Origin: Opitutia bacterium
GTDB taxonomy: Bacteria > Verrucomicrobiota > Verrucomicrobiia > Opitutales > Opitutaceae
NCBI GenBank assembly: GCA_947478395.1
Contig: CANJVR010000002.1
Span: 480,001-544,000, forward strand
DNA: 64,000 bases
Direction: 5' to 3'
Positions 62,823 to 64,000 of this stretch are shown here, piece after piece. Each line of letters begins with the position of its first letter. Positions within the stretch are counted from its first letter, which is position 1. A program made the position numbers and the translations under genes. The notes under the pieces were generated by a model. The model saw nothing but the letters and a program-made list of their open reading frames with translations, did no database searches and had not been told where the DNA came from.

Positions 62823-63998
62823 TCAGATTTTACCGGCCTTGCGCGCTGCCACCATTTTGTAGAAATCCAAGAAAAGCGGATCGGCGTCGTTCGGACCCGG
62901 CGCGGCTTCGGGGTGATATTGAACGCTGAAGACCGGGAGCTTCGTATGGCGCAGACCTTCGACGGTGTTGTCGTTGAGATTGATCTCGGTGACTTTTGCG
63001 CCGCGCTTTTCGAGACTCGCCGGATCGGTCGCGAAACCGTGATTCTGCGCGGTGATCGAGACCTTGCCGGTCTCGATATTTTTTACCGGCTGGTTGCCAC
63101 CGCGGTGGCCGAATTTGAGTTTAAACGTCGTGCCGCCCAGCGCGTGAGTGAGCATCTGATGCCCGAGGCAGATTCCGAAAATAGGATAATCCGGAATAAG
63201 CTTTGTCACCGTCTGGTGCACGTAGCCGAGTGCGGCGGGATCGCCGGGGCCGTTCGATAGAAACACGGCGTCAACGTTGTGTTCTTTCACCTGCTCGGCG
63301 GTCGCCGTGGCCGGAAACACCTGCACCTCGAAACCGTGCCGAACGAGCTTGCGGAAAATCGTGTGCTTCGCGCCGAAATCAAAGGCGGCGACTTTGAAAC
63401 GCTTGGTCGGAGGCGGTGCGGCGTTGAACGACGTCCCCACGGGCAAATACGCCGCATTGTAGTTCGCCGGATCGTCGCTGCTCCAGATATAGGGTGCCTT
63501 GCAGGTAACGTCCTTCACGTAATCGCTCCCCGCCATGTCGCGCCACCCGCGGGCGCGTTTGATCGCCTCCTCGTCTGAAATCGGCAGCGTGCTGAGACAA
63601 CTCTTCATCGCGCCATCGACCCGCAGTTTTTTGGTGAGCGCGCGCGTGTCGATTTCGGCGAGTCCCGGTAGGCCGTATTTTTTCAGATAATCGTCGAGGG
63701 AAATCTGGCTGCGCCAGTTGGAAACGATCGGTGAAAGCTCGCGGACCACGAAACCGGCGCACTTTGGTCCACCGGCAGACTCTTCATCAGCGGCGGTGAG
63801 ACCGTAGTTGCCGATTTGCACGGCGGTCATCGTCACGATTTGTCCAAAGTAGGACGGATCAGTGAGGATTTCCTGATAGCCAGTCATGGAAGTATTGAAG
63901 ACGCATTCGCCGGCGATGGTGGCGTCGGCCCCAAACGCGCGACCGCGAAACACACTACCGTCTTCGAGGGCTAGAACTCCGGGTTTGAACGAGGACAT
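62823..63998 (-). CDS. carA: Carbamoyl-phosphate synthase small subunit
   Basis: FNTSMTGYQE, LSNGPGDP, FGICLGHQ, VQYHPEA. Confidence 0.97.
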   Translation of the reverse strand: MSSFKPGVLALEDGSVFRGRAFGADATIAGECVFNTSMTGYQEILTDPSYFGQIVTMTAVQIGNYGLTAADEESAGGPKCAGFVVRELSPIVSNWRSQISLDDYLKKYGLPGLAEIDTRALTKKLRVDGAMKSCLSTLPISDEEAIKRARGWRDMAGSDYVKDVTCKAPYIWSSDDPANYNAAYLPVGTSFNAAPPPTKRFKVAAFDFGAKHTIFRKLVRHGFEVQVFPATATAEQVKEHNVDAVFLSNGPGDPAALGYVHQTVTKLIPDYPIFGICLGHQMLTHALGGTTFKLKFGHRGGNQPVKNIETGKVSITAQNHGFATDPASLEKRGAKVTEINLNDNTVEGLRHTKLPVFSVQYHPEAAPGPNDADPLFLDFYKMVAARKAGKI

Positions 63999-64000
63999 TA

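Overview
High-GC (~60-65%) chromosomal window whose gene styles suggest a Verrucomicrobiota bacterium, probably Opitutaceae (inferred, not from a search). It has about 55 CDS and no recognisable rRNA, tRNA, CRISPR array, transposase or prophage. (1) 1-11.6 kb holds an uncharacterised minus-strand envelope operon: TPR-HEXXH metallopeptidase, two DUF4159 paralogues, MoxR AAA+, DUF58, BatA/vWA, and a long membrane-anchored coiled-coil protein cut by the window edge and absent from the ORF track. (2) An Mn module (usp-mntH <> mntR) has a candidate operator. (3) Pectin/uronate and plant-ester catabolic genes are dispersed across the window: GH28, SGNH x2, esterase, CE15, PL22 + MFS, cytochrome-c sugar dehydrogenase + lactonase, kdgD-gudP-gudD and an SDR. 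(4) Housekeeping genes include icd, rsgA, purA, clpS, proS, argA, trmO, rpsA, a DTW protein, FKBP, tatD, ptsH, kdsB and carA. Non-coding signals include several GTAG-type REP/REPIN families, one degenerate copy apparently read in-frame inside a DUF4159 gene, and candidate structured RNAs upstream of icd, trmO and rpsA. Best leads: the MoxR/DUF4159/peptidase operon, an H-NS/MvaT-like small basic protein, a Spy/CpxP-like insert in CE15, recurrent Gly/Arg-rich inserts in secreted enzymes, and the coding REPIN.
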